A DNA stretch of 61,590 nucleotides, the filler included, from Rhabdomonas costata (lineage: Eukaryota), in the NCBI GenBank assembly GCA_019059605.1. It is 22 parts of 22 records of this genome, joined end to end, with 100 filler letters (N's around TTAATTAATTAA, not from the genome) between each part and the next. Parts side by side here need not be neighbours in the genome. Positions count along the whole stretch, not along the records: positions 22,492 to 25,196 come from JAHMHO010002309.1; positions 25,297 to 27,997 come from JAHMHO010002310.1; positions 28,098 to 30,798 come from JAHMHO010002311.1; positions 30,899 to 33,598 come from JAHMHO010002312.1; positions 33,699 to 36,399 come from JAHMHO010002313.1; positions 36,500 to 39,198 come from JAHMHO010002314.1; 16 more parts are not named here. The stretch is one strand, 5' to 3'. Below the pieces are notes generated by a model. The model ran no database searches and was not told where the DNA came from. It worked only from the letters and a program-made list of their open reading frames with translations. Below, in pieces: positions 23,353 through 36,827 of the stretch (position 1 is the first letter of the stretch; each line of letters begins with the position of its first letter). The translations under genes were made by a program, and so were the position numbers.

Positions 23353-25015
23353 ATGACGCACTCCACCTCCGGCCATTGCACAGTGGACACCGCTGGGGAA
23401 GGCTTCCCCACAACAATTACGCCCACGAAGCACCGCTCAAGTGTGGTTTGGGGAGCGGCCTGGGCGGACTCGCTGCACGGCAGTCCCGTGCTGGTTTGTA
23501 TCATGTATCATTTTGCTTGAAGCAAACGTTCGACACAATGCAATCGTCATTGAAGCTGAGCACGAGAAATTTTGGACACCACTATTCCTCAAGGCAATGC
23601 CGTGGGTTGCTAAGAAGATGGAAAGGCGGGGCTGCTCGCAGTTGATTCTGTGGTGTGGGACAGGGTGCCTTCAACATCATCTGCTGCGTTGTGGGAGTGG
23701 GTCTTCTGGGGCTTCCCTACGCCGTCAGCCGCAGCGGGTGGATTGGTGTGTGATCCTGCTTGCCATCAGGGTCTATCCTATATCCCATATTCCACGAGAT
23801 GCTGGCCTGGCAGAAAAAGGAAATCGTGTTTTTTTTTGTGGGGATAAGCCGAAACAGGCGCAGCAAAGAGATTTCCAGTTCTTGAGAAAGATGTTATGGG
23901 GAATACCAAAAACCATGGCGACCGATTTTGACCGATGGCGCAAGTTGGCACGTTGGCGGACGATGGGGTTTTGTTCATGGCCCTATGCTTCTGTTGCTGT
24001 AGTCGGTTGGCGCGCGTGCAAGCGCACAAACACACACATAAATCAGCTGTTTGCAGTGTGTGGTGTGCCACGGGGGCAACGGTTCCAACATAGGCGGCAA
24101 GTCAATTAAAGCTTGACCCAAATCTCTTGTGAATTCTCAAAGTGAAATTTTGGGGATCTTGAATTAATGGGTAGGTTCAAGGCGAAGGGAGGGGGGCGGG
24201 GGTGCAGCCCATATTGCTCAGGCACCCTGAGGTTTCTTGAGTGTCCCCCTTCCTCGTCGTTTATAGCAGTGAACTCTCCTGAGGGTTCTCTCGGCTGGTT
24301 TTTATAAAGGGTGTGCCGTCTGGTGGAACGTGCATATTGGCCGCAACGAGTGGTGGCGCACCCTCCTTCCCCCGCAGGGATTCCCCTTCTTTTGCTGACC
24401 TGCTGGATGGCCTCGTACACCGCGGTGCTTCTGGGGGAGTGCCTAGCTGCTGTGCCGGGGGTGAAGTCGTTCGGAGATTTGGGAGAGGTCTTCCTCTCGT
24501 TTCCACCCACCGGCTCAAAACCCAGAAACACACGGACACCCTCATTCCCTCCTCTACCCCCACAAGCCCGTGCTGGGCTGGGTGCATATGGACTATTTGG
24601 ACGATTGGGGCTATGAATTATGAATCATTCAGCGTGATTTGAATGATTTAGCGCGATGTGGAAGATTTATGAGCCTGGCCCGTTTTGCTTCCATCCTGGT
24701 TTGGGTTGGGTTTATAGATGTCGATTTTGACTCATGGTCGCCCTGCCTAGATGTCCTGCTGGCCGATTCCAGTCAACGCTCAACGTCCAAGCACGGCTGG
24801 AAACCTTCTTGCAGCCTTCAGCAGCCTTTCACATCCTTTGGCAGGGTCATTTTCTGATGCGCAATGTTGACCGTGGGTATCGGTAGAGTTTGGACTTGAT
24901 TGACTGATTTCGGGACTGCTGTGCCTGCCTTCAGGCCGCGTACGGCGCCCGTGGGCGGTACGCGGTTGTGGTGCAGCAGTACATGACCATGCTGGGAGTG
25001 GCGTCGATCTTCTTG
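23353..25015 (+). CDS. Amino acid/auxin permease (AAAP, Aa_trans) transporter, N-terminal part
   Basis: Exons 23664-23745 (GAFNIICCVVGVGLLGLPYAVSRSGW), 24378-24487 (MASYTAVLLGECL..SFGDLGE) and 24935-25015 (AAYGARGRY..) are in frame. Probable first exon from ATG ~23353. Confidence 0.9.
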
Positions 25016-25965
25016 GTCGTCCTAGCCTCCGGTCTTTGCCTTGCAAAGCGTTGTCAATGCTGTTCCGAAGCATAGTGCCCGGGTGCCTACACGGCAACTC
25101 TTGTTTTTTAAGCTTGGAGGCTCGAAGAAGACCCGTGATCCCGAAAGAGCTTTCTATTTTCGCCATCTGCCGCCTGCCTGGAAACAAAAAAACAAANNNN
25201 NNNNNNNNNNNNNNNNNNNNNNNNNNNNNNNNNNNNNNNNTTAATTAATTAANNNNNNNNNNNNNNNNNNNNNNNNNNNNNNNNNNNNNNNNNNNNGTGG
25301 GTGTTTGAGTTATACTGTATAATATCGCAAAGAGTTTCGTCTGTTGTGATGCTGCTTTGTTTTCGCCGGGAGAGCGATGTTCATAGTTTGAGGTGAAAGT
25401 AAACCCTTTTTCGGTGGCTTTGAAAAGTTGCAGAATGTCACAGGCTTTGATGACAGATGCGCAATACGGCAATGAAACATCCGCTGCCGCTGCTGAAGAC
25501 TAAATTCTGGACTAATTCTCATTCTATCTGAGACTGAGGCGAGCCTCAGCCGTGCATATGTTGCTCTTTTATTAAAGTCGAGCATTTTGAATCTGCGACC
25601 ATCACCTGATTTTCATGTTCTTCCGGACAAGGTTACGAATCAAGAAGCACAATAATGTCGGGTTTTGGGTAGCAAAGAGCCAAGAATACTAAGCACAGAA
25701 GCAAAGTACGCGAGCAGCACAGTGATCACTTGATCCGCACGAACGAGGGTGTTGTTTCATCCAAGTTGCCTCCCTGTTCTTTCTCGTCCACGGCATCTCT
25801 TCTCTCGCAAGCAGCGCTGCGCCTTTGCTCTTTTTATCGCGATGCGGTCCATTCTTTGCGGCCTTCCGTGAGTGAATCATCGTCATCCCGCCAGTATTTT
25901 TGCGGTGAACTACTCTTCTTCTTCTTCTGGGGCGGCATTGGGACACACACACGCCGTTCCCATCG

Positions 25966-27892
25966 ATGCGTGTCCTCATTCTCGCGGGCGGGTCTGAGGA
26001 GCAAGTCCTGCCATACGTCTCCCTTGCGCTTGCCTTGGTCTCTGCGGGACACTCTGCTGTGCTCTGTGGGGGCCCGGCCGTAGTCCACCACGCCCACCAA
26101 CACGGAGTGCCCTTCGTGGAGCTCCCTTCATCTCCCTCCTCGGAGGAGGACTCCTTGCTGTGCAAAGGGTGTGTCAAGCAACATATTTCACTTGCAAATT
26201 TTTTCAGGGCCTCCCTAGTGCTCGCAGTGCTGACTGCCCAATTCACATATCAAACCTGGTTTCTATTTAAGACGCACTTAAAGCAGTAACACCTCCGCTG
26301 GGACTCTTGGATCACAGGCTGGCTCTCGCTTCGCGGTTCTCCCTTTCCTCCTCCTTTCAGACTCACTTCTTCCGGCATAGGGTGGCGGCTTGGCACGAGC
26401 TTGTGCTGCAGCTAGTCAGGAAGGCGGCTCCCCCTGTCGCCACCCCCTGCCCCTGGGACGTTGTCCTCACCTCCTTCGCATCTGCCTACTCTGGAGTCCA
26501 CCTTGCAGAGGCCCTGCACCTCCCAGTGGTGGTCGCCGAGACGCTGCCGCTCTCCTCGACCGCCTATTTCCCCTCCCCACACACACCTACACCCCTGCGC
26601 ATTGCCGGGTCGTCCAAGTCCTTCGCACCCACGGCCAACCGCTGGTCTCACCGATGGGCAGAGCTCGCTTTGCACTGGAAAGCCTCGGCTTACCGCACCA
26701 CTCTCCGCTCCTCGCTGGGGCTGCCCCAGCTTTCATGGAGGGGCTCAGAATGGCCAGCCCATGACCACGCCCCCCGGCTGTTTGCATTCAGTTCCAAGCT
26801 GCTTCCCAAGCCCCCGGACTGGCCGGAACAGCACCGGGTAGTGGGGTTCTGGTTTCCTCCAGAACAGCGCCCTGCGGAGATTCCCCGGGCGCTGATGAGC
26901 TTCCTGTGTGAGGGGTCTGTCCCTATCCTGGTTGCCCTGGAGGCGCAGGACACAGCTGCCCTGCTGCAGGTTCTCCCAAAGGAGAAGCACAGAGTAGTGG
27001 TGTGTGTTCCGCCTGAGGGCTTTGCGGAGTCCAAGAACGGCTTGGAGAGCCAGGTCTTCTTCTTGAACGTGGGGATGTCTTCCCCGGTTGTGGAATGGCT
27101 CCTTCCAAAGGTCAGCGCGCACATTCTGAACAGACATGTGGCATAACATATTGGCTCTTGTCGGGTCTAACCCTTCACCACCCCCCTCCCCAGGTACCTG
27201 CACAAAGGCAAGAAGAACGCAAGTACCTAATTCCATTCATTTTTGGGTTCTTCGGGAATGGAATCAGTGGCTTGCTTTTGATTGTGTAATTGATTTCCCA
27301 AGGCAAACGGTGTGATGAGAATTGGGCGGCAGCCGCATTTTGCCTTCGAGAGCGGTTGTTTTGCACTATGTGTCATATAAGAGCTGTACACGCTCCGATC
27401 AATACATCGGAAGTGGGGTCTGATCGATTCTTTTGGAAGGTGTTGATGCATGCCCCCACCCCCTCTGATTGTTGGCCTTTGTAGTTTATTTTATGCCGCG
27501 AACGCCTCAAGGTGTGTTGTTACATAGCGGGACCTCATTCAGAGGCGGTATTTCCGTCCCTGAGGGTGCGTTGTTTACCACCCTGTGCGTTTCACCCTTG
27601 TTCCGTTTGGTTTCTTTCAAAGGTCTCCTTGGCAGTGCACCACGGCGCCACTCACCTGGTCGCGCAGTGCGTGCGTGCGGGAGTGCGGAGCATTCTGGTG
27701 CCGCGGTGCACGGAGCACTACCTGTGGGCAGTTCGGCTGCACGAGGCGGGCTGCAGCCCGCGCCCGGTGTGGCCCTCTCGGCTGCCGTGGAAGTTTCACC
27801 CGCTGCTCGCAAGCGTGCTGTCGGATGACGAAATGAAAGACCGGATGTCCCAGCTCTCTGTGCAGGCAAAGGCGGAGGACGGCTTGGGCGAG
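25966..27892 (+). CDS. GT1-family glycosyltransferase, sterol 3-beta-glucosyltransferase-like and divergent (3 exons)
   Basis: Exons 25966-26168, 26318-27110 and 27623-~27892. Motifs MRVLILAGGS..VLPYVSLALAL..AGH, HLAEALHLP, PRLFAFS..LLPKPPDWP..VVGFWF and EWLLPKVSLAVHHG. Confidence 0.85.
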
Positions 27893-30463
27893 GTTTGCTC
27901 TTTGGTCTTCAGGACGAAGCACTTCAGAGGTGAGGCGACGTTCCTTTTCCCTGAAAATGTCCCCCACTGCAAAAAAAACCCAACCACACCCAACTCANNN
28001 NNNNNNNNNNNNNNNNNNNNNNNNNNNNNNNNNNNNNNNNNTTAATTAATTAANNNNNNNNNNNNNNNNNNNNNNNNNNNNNNNNNNNNNNNNNNNNTTT
28101 GGGGTGGGGGGTGTCGATCCCGTCCTTTACACGTTGAAGAGATTTCTCTCTCTCTCTCTCTCTCTTGCAAACGTTCTCACCATCTTTCGGCTGGGGAATC
28201 CTGAAAGGCATATCTCCCGTCCCAGCTCGCCCCACCCACCCAGCTGCTGAACCATTACACCAGACGTTGCACAAAGTTGTGGTTCAATCAAAGACTAGCC
28301 ACCAAAAGAAAAGCTCAGGGTCATCTTTGGGGTGACTTACCGTCGTTTGCCGTCGTATACCACTGGACATTGACGACTTCACGTATTGCCGAAGCTGCCT
28401 TTTCTGGAGGGCAATTGGCCCTAGTTCTCGTTGACCAATGCACTACCCTCAATCTCCACGCTCCCTTTTAGGCCGCCGATCGAGCAGAGGCAGCTGTTCA
28501 TCAACTGAGGTACGTGCACCACCTTCTCACCTACTGCATGCTGCATGCTCGAGAGTTACCGCAATTGATTTGGTGGATGTTTCTGATTGAGGTCTGGCAA
28601 ACAAAAGTTACAATTGTTGTTGTCATTGCCATTTATTGAAGTGTGTGGGGTCCCCCATCCTCACCCACCTAGCCTTCATCTCCGGGGCTGGGAGGCGTGC
28701 AAGGAGTCCGGGCTCAGGACATGAAGTGAAACGTTCCTGATCCCTGATCTTGGGATGAGCATTGACGACTCAAGTGGCAAGGAATCTACATAAACTGCGC
28801 AAAAGTCGGAGAATGCAACCTTTCAATCGTTGCTCGGTTTCTTTTCACGTGCTCAGAAACTTCAGCTTTCCCTGTGAAAGATAGCCTGCATTCCACTTGC
28901 AGCGCGAATGGCGGAAAGAAAGACATGAGAATGAAGGTGAAGATCAAGCGCAACACCAGAAACGTTACGCATGTGCGGGAGGGAATACAGAAACGGAAAC
29001 AGGCCTCAGCCGTAATTCAGAGAGGGCGATGAGATGGGAGACAAGAGTAATGGTCGACGAGATTGAAAGGATGAGGACATCTTCAAGTGCACAGCAGAAG
29101 CGAGAGAGAAATGCGGTTGAAATGCGGTGGGTAATGTGGTGAGAGTGTCGATGAGAACCGGTGTGGAGTGATTGGACCATGTGAAGGCGGTACGTTCCCT
29201 TTTGCTCTTTGTTTCGGGTGAGACGAAAGAGCAACCACCACAAAAAACAACAGTGAATGCGGGGTGGCTAGATCCTAAGAAGTTGCGGAGGGACTCGCCT
29301 TACTCCATTGTGGAAACGAGCCCAAGGCACGTTGATTGGCCTTCCGGATGCCAGGAGCGAGGGACGCCAGTTGGAATGGTGGATCTTAGGGCGGTATGAA
29401 AAGCCTGACGAGAGACGTATAGCTGGCGGTGGTCCTGCCTAAACCGGGGGATTGGAGTGTTGGGGCGCCAGAGCACTACGGAGGGGCCGGAGGGCCAGGG
29501 GAACAAGCAACACAGTACATACCAGATCTTCGAGAGGAATTTCTTTAAGAGCACCAGCGACTTAGTTTTCAGTCTCGTCGGACCGTCGGAAATATCTAGG
29601 GAATCCGGATTCGAATTCGCTGGGTCGTCCTTTCGAGGACACGTTTGCGATCAAACAGCAAATTCCAAAACGCGTTCTGCTTTCGCAAGGATGGCAAAAA
29701 ATCAAAAAAAATCAAAAAAAGGTTCGGGTTCAGTTATGCAGGCAACCATAAAGCATAGAGAAAGAAAGGAGGTACAAGTCCAGTGTCCAGCTAGAGCGCC
29801 ATCACGCGCTGCAGAATCACGGGCCACCAGCTGTCCGTTTCTGATCCACGGCACCGCGCGAGCCATAGGTAGTGCATGCAAGGTTGTTGCATGGCGCAAC
29901 GCCGCCATTGCCACTGGCCGCTACCACACCATTTCGAGCTGAGCTGTATCCACGGCGCTTCACAAGCCTACGCTCGGCGCCAAGACGTAAAGCTCACTTT
30001 TAGATGAGAAAACAGCCAGACCTGCATATTGCATTACAACCTAGCAAATCTCCGCACGGGTCCACTTATACTGTCCCAATACTTCCCCCTGCCCCCTGAA
30101 TTTCGTCATGGTTGGCACGGCACTTGCCGACATATCCCCTACAAGGTTTCTCGCGGAGCGCATTTGCTTCAACTGGCCCTGCAGTAACGTTCAGGTCAGT
30201 GCAGGCATCTTATGGTTCCAATTCATCCAAGTCCTTAGGGTTGGAGGCTAATGCACCTTTCCCTGGTGTTCCCATTAATGTGTCATATGATATTGCAAGT
30301 GCAAGGGTGGGGTAGGGGGGGGAACGCCCCCCCTCCCAGCGCGCTCACCAGAATATTCGAGGGACGGAATATTCCGTCGGTGCAGCAGAGTTGTTTTTGT
30401 TGCAGCTGTTCACCTCACTTTATGTTTGTGTTTGCGTGTCTGCCTGTGTTCTCCAGTGTGCAG

Positions 30464-30558
30464 CTTTCCGCGAAGGAGACTCAGCTGCAAAGGCTGAAAT
30501 CCCAAGCCGAGGACGTCTCCCGAATGCAGCAAGAGATCCAGTTGCTACGCAATCCCAC
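30464..30558 (+). CDS. Exon of a coiled-coil protein
   Basis: AG/GT-bounded segment LSAKETQLQRLKSQAEDVSRMQQEIQLLRNP. A probable earlier exon lies at ~28472-28509. Confidence 0.4.
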
Positions 30559-31013
30559 GTATCTCCCTTCCCCGCTGCGCTTTCCTGTCCTCATTTCACC
30601 CCCTTTCTTGCATAGCTTACACACCGCAGTTTCAAGTTTACGGGGTAGATGTCCCCACTGCTGAAATAAGACTAATTGATTGTTAACCACTACACACACG
30701 CACTTCAGCCACCTCCCCCACTGGTGTGTGAATGACTTCTCTGTCCGATTTTGGAAGCACCGCTGCATCCAAGGTTCGGCGCGCCCCGAACTCCCCCANN
30801 NNNNNNNNNNNNNNNNNNNNNNNNNNNNNNNNNNNNNNNNNNTTAATTAATTAANNNNNNNNNNNNNNNNNNNNNNNNNNNNNNNNNNNNNNNNNNNNAA
30901 GTAAGTTTGGACGGTGTGGGTGTGAGCGGCTTTCGTTCAGAATCATGCAGTGGCTGATCGGGTTTTATAAACCTGTCTTGGTTTGCCTATAATTCACTTC
31001 TGATCCACTGCAG

Positions 31014-33012
31014 AGTTTATTCGAAGCAAGCGGATCGCCTTCGACCAATTTCAGCAAGTGTTCCAGATCAGTCAGGTCCGAGCGAGCGGTTTTGCTGGCT
31101 CTATATGGCCTCCTTCGTCGCCAAGAGGGCCCATTCCGTGACCCCTCGCCCCACACAGGACGAAGAGGTCCGGGATGGCGAAAAGTTTTACCGCTGGGTA
31201 GATGCCGCTGAGTACGAGGTTTTCTTAAAGGTGATGCAGCAGACCTTCGCCAATCGCAGGAGTGGGGACAGCTCCACGCAGCCCTGTAAGATACTTCGGG
31301 AGATTATTTCCAAGCGAATGGAGGATGGTGTCTCTTGCCTTGCCTGATTGGATCTTCTTTCGAACGCAGAGGAGCAGTTAAAATCATTCTTGTGACTAAG
31401 GTTCAAGGTCGCGTTTTCAAGCTGCAAAGCACCAACGTGGTCATGAAACCCGCACACGAAGTTTTGTGCGCAACTTTCGTTGGCGATCACACGGTTAAGT
31501 AAGCCCTGTTGAAACGAAAGCCGTGAAAGCAAACAGACCAGGTCCGTTGCACATGTAGCTCATTTTTCGTTTGGGTGACTGGTGACCGCAACTATAACCC
31601 GAAGAGAGGAAAGATGCGACATGCCTCTGCGTCTTTGTGCGCGTTTACCTTTTTCCATTCAGCTCGGCTTGCCTTGCGGAGGCGAAAGAATATACGCCCA
31701 CTTCTGGATGAGTGGGACTTATATGACTTCAACCAGCTGCTGCGAGTATGCTGCTTCGGCCCCGGCCTTGGCTGAAAACTTGGAGTCCAATTTATCTTTG
31801 CCACCTTTTCTGCTTCGACTTTCAGGTTCTGCAAGACCCCAGCTGTCCCAAACCGACCGTAGATGGTGGGCAAGAAGAGAAAAAGTATCTCGCCAGGTGT
31901 GCTTTCTTTCATTCTTTCGTTCTTTCGTTGATGATATGGGGACTCGTTTTTTGTCGAAAAGGAAGGATCCCCGTTTGTTCCCGTTTTCCCTGTTCTCCTT
32001 CGGCTTACTTTCGCGCACAAACATATTTAAACATATACAACTTATACACCGTCCCAGTCACCCAAACCAAAGGTGTTGTTCATGACTCAGTACGGATGGA
32101 TTCAGGTTTGCAAGAGCTCAGGAGTCCGGCTCCTGGGAAAGAGTCAAAATAATAGCACCGTGGTGGAGAGAGATATTGACTTGGGGACTTGAATTAGGGC
32201 TGGGAAAAAACGCAACCTGTAAAATTTGCAAAGTAATTTTTTTTTTGCATTCCGACCCCTCCGAAGATTAAGGCTTGAAATGCACTTTTTTATTGCATGT
32301 CATCACATTTTAACCGTTTCTTTTACCCAATTCACATTTTCCCTCCGGGAGCTGATTTCTGGGTTCCGCGGCTGTCAGCGCCATTGCCTGCGACTGAAGC
32401 AGATGGAACTCCTTATTTCGCTTGCTCTTGTAATACGGGTTTGTGATGTAAACAAAATTCGGGGCGAAAATTTGGTTTAAAATGCACTTTCTATTTTGCA
32501 ATTTTTTGCATGGCATTTTTGGTCTCGTTAATTTGGATTTTTTTCCCATCTTGGGATTGAAGCATGATGTAGTAGGTTGGAGGAAGTCGGCTTTTGGGGT
32601 AGTGTTTGGGAGGGGTGAAGCTGAATCATTGACTGAAAATGAAACTTGCTGAATGGAGGTTACTGGAGCAAGATGGCGTTTACGACACTCCCCCGAAGTC
32701 TCCGTTCTTCTCCGTTCTTCTCCGGCCCCCCTTGCGGCAGATGGAGAGTGAATCTGGTGCAGCAGCAGCGCGAGAGCACCGAGGGGAAAACCTCCCGTGA
32801 AGTAATGACCGAGGTCTGTCCATTCGATTTTCTTTTATTCATAGGGGGGGGGGCTTGATGATGATGTGTCCCGTCCTTCGGTTCGTGAAGTGTTCCTTTT
32901 CTTCGTCTCTCTCTCTCTCTGCAGTACATCGGCCGTTCCACGGAGCAGTACTCGGACCAGGACTTCACGGAGCTCCTTGCCTTCATCAAGTCCCACATCG
33001 AGAAACTGCCCT
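31014..33012 (+). CDS. Unknown protein (partial, 6 exons)
   Basis: Exons 31014-31075, 31159-31327, 31663-31745, 31826-31896, 32741-32813 and 32925-33012 are joined by phase-compatible GT-AG introns with no stops. No family recognised. Confidence 0.65.
32195..32553 (+). mobile_element. hAT-like MITE, copy 2 (intronic, right end decayed)
   Basis: Starts TAGGGCTGGGAA. Shares ordered blocks with 18638-18988: CCCCTCCGAA, GGCTTGAA.TGCACTTTTT, GGGAGC.GATTTCTGGGT, GGGCGAAAA.TTGG and CATTTTTGGTCTCG. Confidence 0.85.
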
Positions 33013-34012
33013 GTATGCCGTCGTGCTTCATTTTTGGGCCAATGTGGTCTTTGAGGGGATCGTCGAGCGTTTTTCTTTTGAGGTACCCACTTTGTTTTGC
33101 GTCTTTTTGCGGTTATGGCTGAACATACGCGCTTTTTTGTGCGGCTGTATTGTAGTGAATGAAGCTCAGAAAAGTGGATTCAAAAAACGGGGAATGCAGA
33201 AAGGCTGGTGCATCATGCTCTAATAAGCAGTAAACATAAACAATTACAAACAGTTAAAAAAAAACTTTAAAACCCTTGCCGCCCTGGTGCCAAGCCCGCG
33301 AAGGTGATAAAAGAGCAACCGACGCACCAAGGCACGTGTAGTTGATACGGTGCTCGCAGCCAACATTCCCCACCAGCACAGCGTCCGTGTTGATGCCGAT
33401 TCGCATTCTACAAGCAAACCCAATCCCAAATTCCAGTCCTTGCCGCCAGCGACGGAAACGGGGGGAACAAACACAAGAAACACCCGCAAGTACAACGCAC
33501 ACGTGCGCAGACGCACCGGATCTGAGGAAGGCCAGCCTCGCACCACTCCCCCCACAACGCCACCAGCCGCCGCTGCATCTCCATCGCTACCACACCACNN
33601 NNNNNNNNNNNNNNNNNNNNNNNNNNNNNNNNNNNNNNNNNNTTAATTAATTAANNNNNNNNNNNNNNNNNNNNNNNNNNNNNNNNNNNNNNNNNNNNGT
33701 TGGGTTGTGGTTGGTTGTGTGGGGCTGCGGGATCTACGCTGGACAGGCCCACCAGAAGCACCCTTTTGCATTGGGCCTGTGTAGGCTATATACTACCCAT
33801 AGGCCCGTGACCTTCTGGCAGCATATAGCTTTCCCTTCAAGGGTGTAATAAAACAAAATCACAGCCTGGCTCGAGATCACATCAAAAGCCACAGCAGACA
33901 TTAACACAGCAACCAGGGGTCAAAATCCCATCCGTCAGCGCTGAAAAGGGAAGTTTCATCCGAGCAAAATGAAGCTCTGTAGAAAGATGGACTAATACCT
34001 TCTTTTTCCGGA

Positions 34013-35410
34013 CCTCAAGCTGGCGCAGTAAGGTCGACGCGGGAACCCCGGCGAGTAAAACTAGCTCATCCAGGGTGGGGGAGCGGCTCATCTCCTGCAC
34101 CACGGGAAGCAGGGCCTTGGGCACTGAGCTCTTGGCCAGCGCCTGCCGATGTTTTGAGGCACGGAACGCCACTCTGAGCTGAGACAGTGTCTGCTCGAGC
34201 GGAACTCCTGCACAAGCAGGAAGAGGCCATCGGTCGATCACCGAAGGCAAACAAGGTAATTTCTGACGTTGCGGCCACTTCAGCGTGATGTTTGCAGACA
34301 CGGAAAGGGCAACGGTAAAAACCATGGGAGACAATAATAGTGATTGTTGTTTGCACATTGCAGAAGCAGGAAAATGGTGTGGGAGGACATGAATTACGAT
34401 TCGCAATACTTACACAGTTAGTAATATTTCAGAGGTTTTGCAATAGTCCGAAAAGGTCACTAAAATGAAGGGAAAAATTACAATGTGGTTGGTGGCTTCA
34501 ACCCTCGGAGACAGCACGAGTCGGGGAAAGGCATTTCTAAGCAAAAGAGCGAAGTCGTCACTGCGAAAAGAAATAGAGGTGCCCAACATACCTTTGGCAA
34601 TATCGGCGTTAACCTTGGCCACACCTTGTGGAGACAGCGCCTGCAGCAGATTCTCCTCAAATGTGTGCAGCTCACGGCCCAAGGCATCCGAAACGGTAGC
34701 AAACAATGCCATTTTCTAGGCACTCTGAACAGAGGGCATCAGCAAACCAACGGAAAGTCCCAACCATATCCATGTTCAAGCTGAATTTTCGAAGTGACTC
34801 TCAAACCAGTGAGCCGGTTATAGCTAATACTCGACACTACAGTGGCAGCACATTATCTGCCAAAATCTGTGCAAAGGTATAAAAGAAAAATGGTAAAAGC
34901 TTTCCTTGGTGGAACAACATGCGGAAGCCTGGCAAAGCTCGACGATATTAAGACGGTCAGAATCCCCAGAAGTTTCCGGCCTTTCAGGAATCGCCGCAAG
35001 AAATCTCCGAGCATTTGCTTCTCCCCTGGTGCAATGTTGTTTAGTTTCCTTGCGGCTCTGTGAACGTCGCAGTTGGATTCGGAGGGCGTGCCGAGGCTGG
35101 TAGCCTGCCGCTCGAGGAAGCTGAACAAGGCGCAGATGATCATCAGAGGGAGGGCTGGAGAAGAAAGATCTGGGTGGAGGAGGAGGCCAAATTACTACGG
35201 AATCAAACAGCAGGATGGGTGAACTTTCGGTTGAGCGCCCTTTGCCCTGCTGGCCCAACCTGCTGCTGGTTCGCAGCTGCGCCAGAACCTTCCCTGCCTT
35301 CCCGCACGAGTCGGCGAAGCAACAACCACACAGCACTGCACTGCTCTGGGAGTTCCATGAGTTCCGCGCGGACGAGGCTGTTCGGTCAGGACTGGAAGAG
35401 GGGAACCATA
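34013..35410 (-). CDS. Unknown helical protein (partial, multi-exon)
   Basis: GC-rich splice-bounded segments: EANARRFLAAIPE..IVELCQ (to 34929), KMALFATVSDALGRELH..DIAK (34715-34592) and GVPLEQTLSQLRVAF..LRQLE (~34207-34013). Upstream exon structure is uncertain. Confidence 0.45.
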
Positions 35411-35717
35411 TCTGGGGAAGAGACACCTGCTCAGCCGTCTCACCGCGGCAGGGCGTGTCCGCAGCCCAAAATCACAGCACATCCGACACAGACACACACA
35501 ACCACACACCCATACAATCACCTGCGAGAAAAAACAAACACAGTGATGCACCAGAAGTGGACAATGGAACGCAGTCAAAAATAAAAAGTGAAGGGTGGAG
35601 GGTGAGGCATGTGTGATGAGGTCTACACACCCACTGCGTGACGAAACCAAAAAGAAAATGCTGGCAAAAACCAAATCAGCTCCAACCGCGCGGAAAAAGG
35701 GAAGATAGGATGCCTAC

Positions 35718-35752
35718 TGTGAGTGTGAGTGTGAGTGTGAGTGTGAGTGTGA
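35718..35752. repeat. (GTGAGT)n microsatellite
   Basis: Direct reading. Confidence 0.85.
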
Positions 35753-36500
35753 ATGGTTCAGACATCGCGACCACGGTTGAGCGTCAAAACGATCAAACGA
35801 CGGCCGGGTCCGTGGGGGATTGTGAACGTGAGTGTCCTTTGACTGCGATTGCCTCTCTCTCTCTCTCTGTGTAAGTGTGTGTGTTTGTGTGTGTGTGCAA
35901 GGCAGGAAGACGACACTTGCACAATGAGCATCATAACGGGCGGCTGGGACAAAGGGTTTCTAAACGGCGCAGGGCTGCCCGGCAAGGAGCAAGGGGAGCA
36001 CGCGCACAATAAAGACACGTATGAGGGCGAGGTTGCATGCACGCGAAACGATGAGAAAACCCATAGGGCGGGGGGTCACAGCAGGGCCGCAAAGTTGGGC
36101 CCGTAACCGCAACTTTGCTCGTGCCCGGCTGTCATCTCGGATTCCCTGTGCGGTCGCAAGGAGAAACGTTCGAGATCACATGGCGCGCCCACGCTCGCAC
36201 AGACAAGGAAAGGCATCACCAGAAAAGGGACAAGGGGCCAGCACCCAGCAAGGGGCATACGTATACCAGGCAAGGAAGGGATTGGGGTGGGGAACAGCAC
36301 TCTTTGAATCTACGTTGTAGTTTGTGAATTATGTGCATCGATTGCCGGCACAACCTCTCGCAACTTCTCCATGATGAGGTGAAAAGAAGACAAAAACCCN
36401 NNNNNNNNNNNNNNNNNNNNNNNNNNNNNNNNNNNNNNNNNNNTTAATTAATTAANNNNNNNNNNNNNNNNNNNNNNNNNNNNNNNNNNNNNNNNNNNNA

Positions 36501-36827
36501 AAGCCGAGTGTGGTCAATTCCTGTCATGTGCGGGGAGGCCCCCAAGGCGGCGTCCACGACACTGCTTCCCGCCGTGTGGGCTTCAGGCAAGCCATGTGAT
36601 GGGTTTGGCTGAGAGGCTTCAATCTTTTGGGCAATGAGGTCCCCAGTGAGCCAAAGCACGGCGCTGGTGGCAATCCCTGTGGTGAGAGGGTGGGAGGCGT
36701 TGACCCTCTGATAGGCACCCCACAGCCCGGTCCCGTCAGAGGCCGGCTCGTGAACGTCGCCGTGGGCGCGGCGCTGAAGGGCACGGCAGAAACGGCCACG
36801 CAGCCAGCGTGGTGAAAAGCGCCACAT
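36501..36827 (-). CDS. Mpv17/PMP22 family membrane protein, N-terminal part
   Basis: LWGAYQRVNASHPLTTGIATSAVLWLTGDLIAQKIE..IDHTRL is the family's first-helix signature. Arg-rich N-terminus MWRFSPRWLRGRFCRALQRR suggests mitochondrial targeting. Confidence 0.88.
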
